Of a DNA stretch of 27,470 nt, positions 1 to 9,100 are shown piece by piece. Positions within the stretch are counted from its first letter, which is position 1. Every line of letters starts with the position of its first letter. This DNA is from an uncultured virus (IMG/VR IMGVR_UViG_3300025159_000001) (lineage: Duplodnaviria; Heunggongvirae; Uroviricota; Caudoviricetes), in IMG/VR virus record IMGVR_UViG_3300025159_000001, one strand, 5' to 3'. The notes under the pieces are model-generated. The model did no database searches. It saw only the letters and a list, made by a program, of their open reading frames with translations, and had not been told where the DNA came from. The position numbers and the translations under genes are program-made.

Positions 1-1443
1 ATATCAGAAGAGGTTCTAAATCTTATATATAACTCCGCTGACGTGGGTATAAACACTTGTTATTTACCTGGAACTAAAGTTTTAACTGAGAATGGAAGTA
101 AAAATATAGAAGAGATTGCTCCAGGAGAAAAGGTATTTTCCCATTTAGGAATATTAAGAGATGTGAAAAAGACCTTTAAATTTAGTAAAAATGACGAAGA
201 GGTTCTTAAAATCACTCCTTACGGAATTTTACCTCTTACTCTAACTAAAAATCATAAGCTATATTCTATATTACCCCCATATCTCAGATTAAACAGAAAG
301 TATAAGAAAATTCTTTTGGAAAATTTAGAGCCAGATTTTATAGAGAGTAAATATTTAATGGAAGGTTCTTTACTAACTTTCCCAATAATTAAAGATGAGA
401 AAATTTCTATAGGCACTAAAACAGCCTTTATTTATGGAGCATTTTTAGCCGAAGGATCTACCAACAAGAGTGGGCTTGTTTTCTCCTTAGATTCGAGAAT
501 ATATGATGATGAACTAAGAAATGAGATTATTTCTTGTATGAAGGAAGTTTATAGTCTCGAACCTCATATTTCAAATATGGATAGAAATAGACAAAATATT
601 TATTTTTATTCATCCAAATTGAGCAAAGAATTTAGAGAAAAACTCGGCCCTAATGCCCACAATAAAAAACTTCCTAATGAATTACTTTTTATGAAAAGAG
701 ATGAAAAATTAGCCCTTCTTAGGGGAGCAATTTTAGGGGATGGAAGTTTCGATCATACCACAATATCCTATACAACAGTTTCAGAAGAGCTGGCTTTACA
801 AATTTGGTTTATTTTAACTACCCTTGGAGGTATAGCACCGAGCATTAATAAACGAAGTCGAGGCGAATTCGTTGTTAGAGTTTATGGAAATAGTTCTATA
901 AACTTAGCTAAAGAATGTAATATAATAAATAAAAGTAAAAAATTGGTTCAAGAAAAGAAACAGCAGAGGCCAAAAATTATAGTTACTGAGGACTTCTTGT
1001 ACTACCCCATAAGAAAAATAGAAAAAATTAATTACACCGGCCTTGTCTATGACTTAGAGGTAGATGGAGAACATTCTTATGTTTCACACGTGTCTGGACA
1101 TAATTCTGTTGGTGAAGGTTGGGGATTAGTAAACCATGAACATGCAGTAACTGGCGCACCTCAAATAGTGCCAGCACATTCAGCGTTATTAGAATTATAT
1201 AGAGATAACGGAATCTTAATTCCTATAGATAAATGGGTTTTCAATAAAGATCCATTAACATTAGGTGGAGAAGTTAGGGCAGAAGACGTGGCTATAGCTT
1301 TAGAAAGTATCTATCAAAATAGAGATACTCTATATAACAGACTATCTGAGAAAACCCTTAATAAGTTCGCTGCACCTGAATATGATTGGAAAAATATAGT
1401 AGAGAAATATTGGCTACCGGCTTTTGAGGAAATATGGAAATAA
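1..1443 (+). CDS. GT-B fold (GT4-like) glycosyltransferase, 5'-truncated by the window edge, interrupted by an intein
   Basis: Frame 1 is open from base 1 (ISEEVLNLIYNSADVGINT). Removing the intein gives YNSADVGINT|SVGEGWGLVNHEHAVTGAPQIVP, the GT4 sugar-nucleotide-binding EX7E motif, followed by a typical C-terminal 'YDWKNIVEKYW' helix. The GTG at 43 is not the real start. Confidence 0.85.
   Translation: MSEEVLNLIYNSADVGINTCYLPGTKVLTENGSKNIEEIAPGEKVFSHLGILRDVKKTFKFSKNDEEVLKITPYGILPLTLTKNHKLYSILPPYLRLNRKYKKILLENLEPDFIESKYLMEGSLLTFPIIKDEKISIGTKTAFIYGAFLAEGSTNKSGLVFSLDSRIYDDELRNEIISCMKEVYSLEPHISNMDRNRQNIYFYSSKLSKEFREKLGPNAHNKKLPNELLFMKRDEKLALLRGAILGDGSFDHTTISYTTVSEELALQIWFILTTLGGIAPSINKRSRGEFVVRVYGNSSINLAKECNIINKSKKLVQEKKQQRPKIIVTEDFLYYPIRKIEKINYTGLVYDLEVDGEHSYVSHVSGHNSVGEGWGLVNHEHAVTGAPQIVPAHSALLELYRDNGILIPIDKWVFNKDPLTLGGEVRAEDVAIALESIYQNRDTLYNRLSEKTLNKFAAPEYDWKNIVEKYWLPAFEEIWK
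58..1104 (+). mobile_element. Intein (349 aa) with LAGLIDADG homing endonuclease
   Basis: Block A CYLPGTKVLT; block B LTLTKNHKL; LAGLIDADG-like helices FIYGAFLAEGS and LLRGAILGDGS; block F VYDLEVDGEHSY; terminal His-Asn (1099-1104) followed by +1 Ser (1105-1107). Confidence 0.95.
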
Positions 1444-1877
1444 CTTGGCCTGAGAATACTAAAGATGTTACAGATAAAATTAGAGAAGCTATTGGCAGAG
1501 ATGTCACATTTGTAATTGTAGCTTCTTCCAATCCTTGTACAGTATGTTCCTTAGATCCTGTAACAAACACTTCCACAGATTCGTTTTGTCTCGTTTGTTC
1601 TGGAGACTATTGGATACCAGTTTATGAAGATGAAATTGTCAATGCACACATAACTTGGGGTGGTGTAGACCAACTAGGTTGGGTAACTGGTGGACAATTA
1701 TTTGAAGGAGATTGCAGGATAGGAATATCGTATTCGCAAGAAAATCTAAATATTATAGATAAAACAGAATATGTTGTAGTAGATGGTAGAATTCTACAGA
1801 TAAAGAATAAAATATTCAGAGGTGTACCAGAAATTAATAGGATATTGATAAACTTTATTGAAAAAGGTAAGGAGTAA
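1434..1877 (+). CDS. Putative head-tail joining/head-closure protein with CxxC...CxxC motif
   Basis: 147 aa; CTVC...CLVC; beta-rich C-terminus (YVVVDGRILQI) resembling head-closure proteins; lies upstream of the tail genes. Confidence 0.5.
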   Translation: MEITWPENTKDVTDKIREAIGRDVTFVIVASSNPCTVCSLDPVTNTSTDSFCLVCSGDYWIPVYEDEIVNAHITWGGVDQLGWVTGGQLFEGDCRIGISYSQENLNIIDKTEYVVVDGRILQIKNKIFRGVPEINRILINFIEKGKE

Positions 1878-1884
1878 TAAGGAA

Positions 1885-2136
1885 ATGGAAAATTTAGGAG
1901 AAGATGGCAGAATTAAAAAATCTGGTGTAATTATCCAAGGTTTTGATATATTGGATGTTACAAAATATATAGCTAGAGCAAGTAAAAGAAAACAGGCAAC
2001 TCTTTTATCTGCACTAGAAGAAAAGATTGATAGAGATAGTGAACTTTTTAGAGAGCTGAGAAAATTAATCCTAGATACATTTAATGATTTTTCTAGAGAA
2101 ACTATAAGAAGTATTTTCGGTGATATAGAAATTTAA
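1885..2136 (+). CDS. Hypothetical protein (83 aa)
   Basis: ATG at 1885 follows GGAG/AAGGA and is preferred to TTG at 1858; the stop overlaps the next start (TAATG). Confidence 0.7.
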   Translation: MENLGEDGRIKKSGVIIQGFDILDVTKYIARASKRKQATLLSALEEKIDRDSELFRELRKLILDTFNDFSRETIRSIFGDIEI

Positions 2137-3326
2137 TGTATGAAAAATTTTTCGAGATTAATTTAGATGAATTACAGGGGGATATTGAAAGAACAACTAA
2201 ATTAATAGAAGAAATTAAAAAATCTATAGAGGATTCTAAGGGGTATGAAAAAGGATTTAGAGAAACTTTAGAAGATCCTAATCTATTACCTGGAAGTACG
2301 TGGATAGAAGTTTTATCTTCCTTAGAAGAACAAGAATTAAATGATATATTATTTCTAAAAGCAAGTCAGGCTGCTGCCGAATCAATTGAGTATGACCATC
2401 CCATATATAGAACAGGGTTGGCAGAGGCATGTTTTTCTGAAAAAGTTTTAAAAGTTTTTAGAGAGGGCACAACTTTAAATATTGTCATAGATATGGACAC
2501 CGCTGCTGGTACTTTAGAAGAATATGCTATGGCTGTGGACTCAGCTAGGGGGTACAGACCAACTACGGGGAGAAAAAGAAGAAAAGAAGCTGGAGAGGAA
2601 GAGCCTAGAGGTTCACAAGAAGAAACTGAAGCAGCAGGGTATGATCTTTCTAGTAGATTCTGGTATAAAATTTATTTAGCTTGGTTAGGAGAAAGAGTCT
2701 ATGAGTTTGAAACAGTTCCAGAAATGGGTTTTGATGAAGAGGGTAATGAAGTAATTTCTTTTCGTAGAACTGAAGTAGATGTCACAGATAAATACCTGGG
2801 AAAGTATGAACAAATCCTAAATGAAAGAAGAGCCTACTTTGAAAATCCTGCCCCCTGGTGGAAACTCTTAGATAAGGGAAATATAAAAACAGACTTTCCA
2901 TCTAAGGGAGGTAGAGCCTTCCCTAGAGTTAAAGCCACTAACTTTGTAGAAGAGGCTGAAAAAGAAATAAGAAGAATTCTAACAGAAAAATTTAAAACCA
3001 AGTATGATGAAGTAAAAGAAGATTTTAAAAATCTTATATCAGATCAAAAAGATTGGCAATTAAGAATGGAAGATTTAGTTGTTGAATTAGAAGCATCTCT
3101 AAATACTAAAAAATTCAAAATTACTGAGGACTTAATCATAGAACAGTTAAATAGATATGGGGATAGATATGAAAAGGCAGATCCAAGAAAACTAAAACAA
3201 AAAATCCTAGCACTTGCCAAAGGGGAGAAGCTTGGTAGAGTTAGAGTTGGTGGAGATGTTAGATTTAGAACTGAAGAAGTTCAAAGAGCTATTAGAGAAT
3301 TAGAAGAAATCGGCGGGGAATTATAA
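2136..3326 (+). CDS. Hypothetical morphogenesis protein (acidic, coiled-coil; possible neck/tail-completion component)
   Basis: 396-aa ORF, translationally coupled to the upstream gene; function inferred from position only. Confidence 0.55.
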   Translation: MYEKFFEINLDELQGDIERTTKLIEEIKKSIEDSKGYEKGFRETLEDPNLLPGSTWIEVLSSLEEQELNDILFLKASQAAAESIEYDHPIYRTGLAEACFSEKVLKVFREGTTLNIVIDMDTAAGTLEEYAMAVDSARGYRPTTGRKRRKEAGEEEPRGSQEETEAAGYDLSSRFWYKIYLAWLGERVYEFETVPEMGFDEEGNEVISFRRTEVDVTDKYLGKYEQILNERRAYFENPAPWWKLLDKGNIKTDFPSKGGRAFPRVKATNFVEEAEKEIRRILTEKFKTKYDEVKEDFKNLISDQKDWQLRMEDLVVELEASLNTKKFKITEDLIIEQLNRYGDRYEKADPRKLKQKILALAKGEKLGRVRVGGDVRFRTEEVQRAIRELEEIGGEL

Positions 3327-3359
3327 GGGTATTTAGAATGAGTTTAGGAGGGTAACGCC

Positions 3360-3809
3360 ATATATTTAGAACGGAAGCAAGATTTATCAGTATATTATTT
3401 TATGAAAGAGTTATTCAGCGATACAAGCTATGTAACAATTGTAGATGGCTTTCCTGTGGAAAATATCAAAATACCTACTGTAGCTGTAGAAGCTGATATG
3501 TTAACTACACACTCCTTTGAACTTGGAAATCACAACCGTATTCAAGAAAGACTCTATTATATAGATGTATTTGCTAATAACAAGTCTCAAAGAGATGAAT
3601 TTGCATATAGAATTATTAATTCTTTATATGAATGTATTCCAGTATATGATTATGATGAGGGTTTTCCACCTACAGTTTCTCCTACAAGGATAGGCTGTTT
3701 AAATATTGATCGTATAAAAATGCAAAATATAAGAATTTTTCCACAATTAGCAGATATATTATATTATAGAGCAAGTGTGAATTTCACTTCTATTTATAAT
3801 CAGTTTTAA
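3360..3809 (+). CDS. Putative tail terminator/tail completion protein; probable ATA start at 3360 (first ATG at 3402)
   Basis: Directly upstream of the tail tube gene. 'IPTVAVE...YYIDVFANNKSQRDE' pattern resembles tail terminators. AGGAGG at 3346-3351 lies 8 nt before an in-frame ATA. Confidence 0.65.
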   Translation: MYLERKQDLSVYYFMKELFSDTSYVTIVDGFPVENIKIPTVAVEADMLTTHSFELGNHNRIQERLYYIDVFANNKSQRDEFAYRIINSLYECIPVYDYDEGFPPTVSPTRIGCLNIDRIKMQNIRIFPQLADILYYRASVNFTSIYNQF

Positions 3810-3822
3810 GGAGGTATGAAAT

Positions 3823-5016
3823 ATGGCAAAACGTTTAGCCATTCCTTCAGAAAATGTCAAACTTAGAATCGTAGGCCCATATGACAGTTTCTTCGCACAT
3901 AGGGTACAGAGAGTGGATGTCAATGAAGACATCCCAACTACGGATGTTTATGAATTAGGTAATAAGAATTTAGCGGGTACTGTACAGGATACTCCTAATA
4001 TTACTGTTTCCTTTAGTTCCTTTGATGTAGGAATTAAGATCTTCTCTGTGTTAACTGGTACTGACCCAACAGCTTTTCCTGGTGTTGGTGTTAGTATTAC
4101 AGAACTTGGAGAAGCAGATGTAATTCTTTACATTAGAGATGCAGATGCTAATGATTATGTCAAGTCTGTACATGCTAAAAGATTGCAGGTTAGGGATTTC
4201 TCCTTCTCCTACAATGTTGATGGAGAATCTACAGAGGATTATACTCTGATTGGTTCGGAGAAAAGATGGTTCAAAAATGATGTTATGGTTGATAGATTTA
4301 CTACAGGTACTACATCATTTACTCTATCAGAAACTCCGATCTTACTTTCCAATGGTAATTACGGTCTATCTGTACAGTTAGATGGTGCTTACCTTACTGA
4401 AGTTACTGGTGCGCCCTCAACTGGAGAGTATCAAATTGTTGGTACTGCTCTAACTACAGGTGACACTAGGACTGCACAGGTAATTGCTGTCTACCATGCT
4501 AACCCTGCTGGTGATAACTGGACTTATATTACAGATACCCAAGTTCCCGCTGCTACTAGAGGTAGAGATATTGATATTAAGATCTCAACCAATGCTATCC
4601 CTAGAGTACAATCTGTTACTATTAATGGTAACTTGAATGTACAAGCAGTTAGAGAGATGGGTAACAGAAGTGTTGTTGGTTATCAGAGGCAAGTGCCAAC
4701 AGTTGAAGGTACTTTAGCTGTTCTAGATACAGACGTAGAACTTATTGATCTGTTAGTAAATGGCTCTATAAGTTCTGGTGCTACTGAGTTCCAGTTGGCA
4801 CAGGGTTGTGTTATATCTGGCATTGACCTTGCTATTGAAATTACCGATCCATGCGATTCTACTGAACCATTTACCGTTCTGAAGACCGTATATATTCCAG
4901 AATTAACTATTACTGGAGATGCCTGGTCTAGCGTTGTTAATCAAAATGGCACTTGGAATGTCAATTGGCGTTCCAGAACTGCCGAATGTCTTGTTTATAG
5001 CGGCGCTATGCCCTAA
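3823..5016 (+). CDS. Major tail tube protein
   Basis: 397 aa, Thr/Val/Gly-rich beta protein; perfect AAGGAGGT RBS; 'DVYELGN' and 'VREMGN' suggest two tube-fold repeats; followed by chaperone pair and tape measure. Confidence 0.75.
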   Translation: MAKRLAIPSENVKLRIVGPYDSFFAHRVQRVDVNEDIPTTDVYELGNKNLAGTVQDTPNITVSFSSFDVGIKIFSVLTGTDPTAFPGVGVSITELGEADVILYIRDADANDYVKSVHAKRLQVRDFSFSYNVDGESTEDYTLIGSEKRWFKNDVMVDRFTTGTTSFTLSETPILLSNGNYGLSVQLDGAYLTEVTGAPSTGEYQIVGTALTTGDTRTAQVIAVYHANPAGDNWTYITDTQVPAATRGRDIDIKISTNAIPRVQSVTINGNLNVQAVREMGNRSVVGYQRQVPTVEGTLAVLDTDVELIDLLVNGSISSGATEFQLAQGCVISGIDLAIEITDPCDSTEPFTVLKTVYIPELTITGDAWSSVVNQNGTWNVNWRSRTAECLVYSGAMP

Positions 5017-5054
5017 AAATTAAAATTAAATAAAGATTTTAAGCCATAAAGGAC

Positions 5055-5106
5055 ATTAAAAGGGGCTATATTTTGAGCAATAAACTCATCTATAGTTCCT
5101 TTTAAT
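5055..5106 (+). terminator. Long hairpin after tail tube gene (terminator/attenuator or processing site)
   Basis: ATTAAAAGGGGCTATA (5055-5070) pairs with TATAGTTCCTTTTAAT (5091-5106) including G-U pairs; inner TGAG/CTCA stem; T-rich tail. Confidence 0.65.
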
Positions 5107-5125
5107 TTTATATAGGAGAAAAAGG

Positions 5126-5857
5126 ATGTTAAGTATAGATAAAAACGATGTTGATATTTCTAAACTGTTTCAATGGAAAGCGAAATTTACTGTCTATGAT
5201 GATAGGGCTGGAAATTCTATAGAAACTTTTGTAAAAGTTGTGGGAGATACAGAATTAAACCGCGCTAGAGTTTATGCATTAAGGAAGTCTGCTGAACTTA
5301 GAAAGAAATTAAAAACAGAAGATTCTGATGAAAGGTTAGCATTTATACCTGAAATAGAATTTTTAGATAAACAAATTCTTCTAGAAAATTTAGTTTTGTA
5401 TATGACAAAACAATTGACTTTAGATACTATAAATGAAGTTAAAGTCCCATTACCTAAAGAACCTAAAACAGATGCTTCTCTAGAAGCACAGGAGAAATAC
5501 CAAAAAGAAATTGATGATTATCCAGAGAAAAGAGAGCAAGAAATTAGAAAAGTTGTAGAAAAGAAATTATCTATAGCTAGGAAAAATATGGATAGGAAAT
5601 CTAAAGAGGAATTATTTAAGGAATTTGAAAGCCATCACATAAATTATTTATGTGAAAATGAAATGGTGTCTTCTTATAGAGAGATGTGTACTTATTTTGG
5701 TACATATAAAGACGAGAATTGTAAAGAAAGGCTATTTCCCACCTTTGAAGATTTTCAAAACCTTCCTTCAGAAATTAAAATCCAATTTCTAGAAAATTAT
5801 TCCGCACTAGAAATTGGTGGAGAAGACCTAAAAAAATTGCTAGGAGTAACGGGGTAG
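5126..5857 (+). CDS. Tail assembly chaperone (lambda gpG analogue)
   Basis: 243 aa, between tail tube and tape measure; ends just after a slippery heptamer. Confidence 0.75.
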   Translation: MLSIDKNDVDISKLFQWKAKFTVYDDRAGNSIETFVKVVGDTELNRARVYALRKSAELRKKLKTEDSDERLAFIPEIEFLDKQILLENLVLYMTKQLTLDTINEVKVPLPKEPKTDASLEAQEKYQKEIDDYPEKREQEIRKVVEKKLSIARKNMDRKSKEELFKEFESHHINYLCENEMVSSYREMCTYFGTYKDENCKERLFPTFEDFQNLPSEIKIQFLENYSALEIGGEDLKKLLGVTG

Positions 5858-6129
5858 CTTCAATATGGGCTATAGCAAAAGAATTACAGATACCTCTTGA
5901 TAGAGATATAGAGGAATTAGTAGACGTGCCTTACACAATATCTTTTGTTATTAGAAAAAGGATGCAAGTAGACAACCTTTCAGAGTTACCAAAGGATAAA
6001 AGACCGCCTGAATTAACTATTTGGGATGGTACTTCAGATGATATAGAAAGTTGGTTAGATAGGGTATTTTCTGGTAAACAAGAATCAAAAGCTAATTTAG
6101 TTATTTCCCCTAAAGATATAGAGGGATAA
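5126..6129 (+). CDS. Frameshifted tail assembly chaperone (gpGT analogue, ~334 aa)
   Basis: A AAA AAA at 5830-5836. The -1 frame stays open (IARSNGVASIWAIAKELQIPLDRDIEELVDVPYTISF...) into the 5926-6129 ORF, which stops 3 nt before the tape measure start. Confidence 0.75.
5830..5836 (+). promoter_or_regulatory. Programmed -1 ribosomal frameshift site (A_AAA_AAA)
   Basis: CTA AAA AAA TTG in the chaperone frame fits X XXY YYZ, at the conserved position for long-tailed phages. Confidence 0.75.
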
Positions 6130-6132
6130 AAT

Positions 6133-9100
6133 ATGGCAGAAAATATAGATAGAATATTACAACAATTAAAACAATTACAGGTAGAAGCTGGTGGAGCAGA
6201 ACAGAGATTAGAAAGACTTTACAAGATGCTCTCAAATATAGTCCAACTTTCTGCAAGAGGGGGAATTCCTACAGAAACTGGTGTTGGTAGAGTTACTGGT
6301 AGACTTCTAACTGGAGAACAGCAAGTAGCAGGTAGACCTAGAGTTGGCGGCGGAGCTTACGCCCGCCTTTCTGCTGTAGCGGGAAGTGTACAAACAATAA
6401 TTGATGAAATTATAAACACCCAATCAAAACTAGCAGAAAGGGAGTTAGCTGCTATTAAAGCTTCTAGTTTAAGACAAACTCGTTTTGGAGCTATACCTAA
6501 AACAAGGCTGCCTACCACATTAGCTACACCTATTGAGGAACAAGCACCTGGGTATACTCCTGAACTAGCTTTCGGAGGAGTTCCTACTGGAATTGCTACA
6601 ACAGTTAGAGCACAACTTCTAGAAAGTGTCCAAAAAGAAGTTATCAGATTAAAAGAAACTTTAAGTGCAGAGGTTGAACCAGGAGAAACTGGTTTATCAA
6701 CGGAAGCTAAAAAACAATTAGAAGAATTAATAAAGTTCTACCAAAATACTGCAAATAACATTATGAAGCAGATCAATGAGAGGGTAGAACAAACTCTTTC
6801 TGCAACCACACCAAGTACAAGAGAGTTCGCACCCACAGTACCCACATCTGCTCAAATGTATGCAGATACAGAGATAGAAAAGCTCTTAGCAGGGATGTCC
6901 AAAACAGAGAAAATGGGGATAAGCCCCGTTGAAATCTCCCGAATGAGAGAAAAGTATGAGGATGCTTATAATGCAATTTATGGAGCACAACAAAAAGTTA
7001 AACAGGGTGCAGAAGAATTAGACAAATCTCTAAAATTAGTTGCACAGCGTTTAGGGGGAGAAGAATATGCTGGTGCTGCTACAAAAGCTGCAAATGCAAC
7101 AGGCCACCTTTATGATACTATTACTACTACTCCTCTAAGAGCAGTAAATGATGAATTTAAAACCTTTACAATTTCTTTAAATAACTCCGCAGGTTCTATG
7201 GAGAAAGTAAATATTTATGTTAGAGAAACTGCAAAAGGTTTAGAATTTCTATCTAAACAACAATTCTTAGCAGCCAGAACTGTACAACAAGCACCAGTAA
7301 CTACTGAGGGTTTAGCTAGAAGTCTTGATCCATTTAGAGCTAAAAGAGCGTTAGAATTCGCAGAAAGAGCGGGTTTTGGTGTAGAACAACTAACAGGAGT
7401 AACCACAGAATTACCAGTAGGAATCTCTAGACTTAAATTTGAAGCTAAAGATGCTGAAGGAGTAATGCAAAGGTTAAACCTTGTAGTAGATAGATATGGC
7501 AAAGTTTTAGTACAAACCAATAGAAGATTAATACCTTTTACAGAAGCGATTATTAAAAATGCTATTGAAGTTACTAAATGGGGTGCTGGTGTTGCTTTAG
7601 TCTATGGTGGTATGTATAGATTACAACAATTAGTAAGAGTAGCTATTGATAATGAAACCAAATTAGCTGATGTAGCTATTATCTTAGGAGATGCACATAG
7701 AGATCTCAATGAAATTTTTGATGATGCCGCAGAAGTAGCTAAAGAGACTGGTGAAAATATTAATGCAGTATTAGAAACTTATGTTTTGGCTTATAGAGCC
7801 GTAGGTGCTGTAGAAGATCCAATAAGAAGAACAGCGGCAGCTAACAAACTTCTAACAGATTCTACTATCCTCAATAAACTTTCTACTTTGGATGCAGCAT
7901 CTTCCATAGATGTTCTAGCAGGTTCAATTAGACAGATGCAGCAACCTCAAGAAACTATGGAACAAGCCTTAGAGAGAAGTAGAGATTTATTAGACAAATG
8001 GATAACAGTCAATAGAAAAGCTAATGTTGATTTAGCTACCTTAGCTACAGCTTTTTCTATTACTTCAGAATCTGCCCTAAATGCTGGTGTATCTGTAGAA
8101 CAACTCAATGCTATTATTGCAGCCTTAGCTGAAAAGATCGGCGGTTTAGGTGGTAGAGAAACTGGTAATGCTGTTAGAGCATTAATTGGTGGAGTTTACC
8201 AACAGCAGGCTTCGGATATTTTATCCAGATATGGTATTGCAGTACAAGATACTACTGGAAAAATGCGCCCATTCTTAGATATTTCTAAAGAGATTTTTGA
8301 TCTATACTCTGCTAAACTAATCAGCTCTGATGAGCTAAATAAAATCGGGTATGTTTTAGGTGGTGGAGTTAGAAGAGGACAGCAATATGTTGCCTTTCTA
8401 TCTGACTTTGAAAGAATACAAGAATTAGTAGCTGTACAAACAGATGCTACAGGTGCAGCACAAGCAGCTTTGGGTAGAAAATTAGACACTACTCAAGTTT
8501 CTGTAACACAATTAGGCAATGCTTTCCAAAGTCTAGCACAAACTTTAGGTACTAAAGGTGGTATATTAGATTTAATGAATGGTGTTATTAAAGCTGCAAC
8601 TCTTCTTTTAGGTCTCTTTGATAAAATGGGAGATATTTTAGGTTCTTTAACCGTGCCTACAACTGTTTTAGCTTTAGCAGGTTTGATTTTTTCAGGACAA
8701 ACTGGTGCAAGGAGACTAGATGCTTTCAAATACAACCTAGCCAATGTTTCACAAAGATTTGGTGGTGGCATTGAAAATCTTTTACTAAGGACGCCTGGAT
8801 TTGCTATGCAACAACGAGTTGCCGAAACCTTTGGACAGACTGGTAGAGCAGGAGCTATAGGTACTAGAGCAGGCTTTGCATTTCAGAAATATGCCCCTGC
8901 TTTAGCTTTAGGTTCTTTTCAAGGTTTGTCTAGATTATCTCAAGGGCAAACTAAAGAAGCTGGAATAGATTTTGCTGGCGCTATTTTAGGTGCATTTGCT
9001 ACTGGTGGCAGCCCTATTGGTGCATTAATTGGTAGTGCTATTGCTGATACTTTTGTAGCAACTGCATTAGCCCATGAACCAGAATTTGAGAATCTATTTA

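Noticed and set aside
43..45. GTG start given by the ORF track for the first gene
   Set aside because: The frame is open to base 1 and encodes GT4-like sequence; the true start is upstream of the window.
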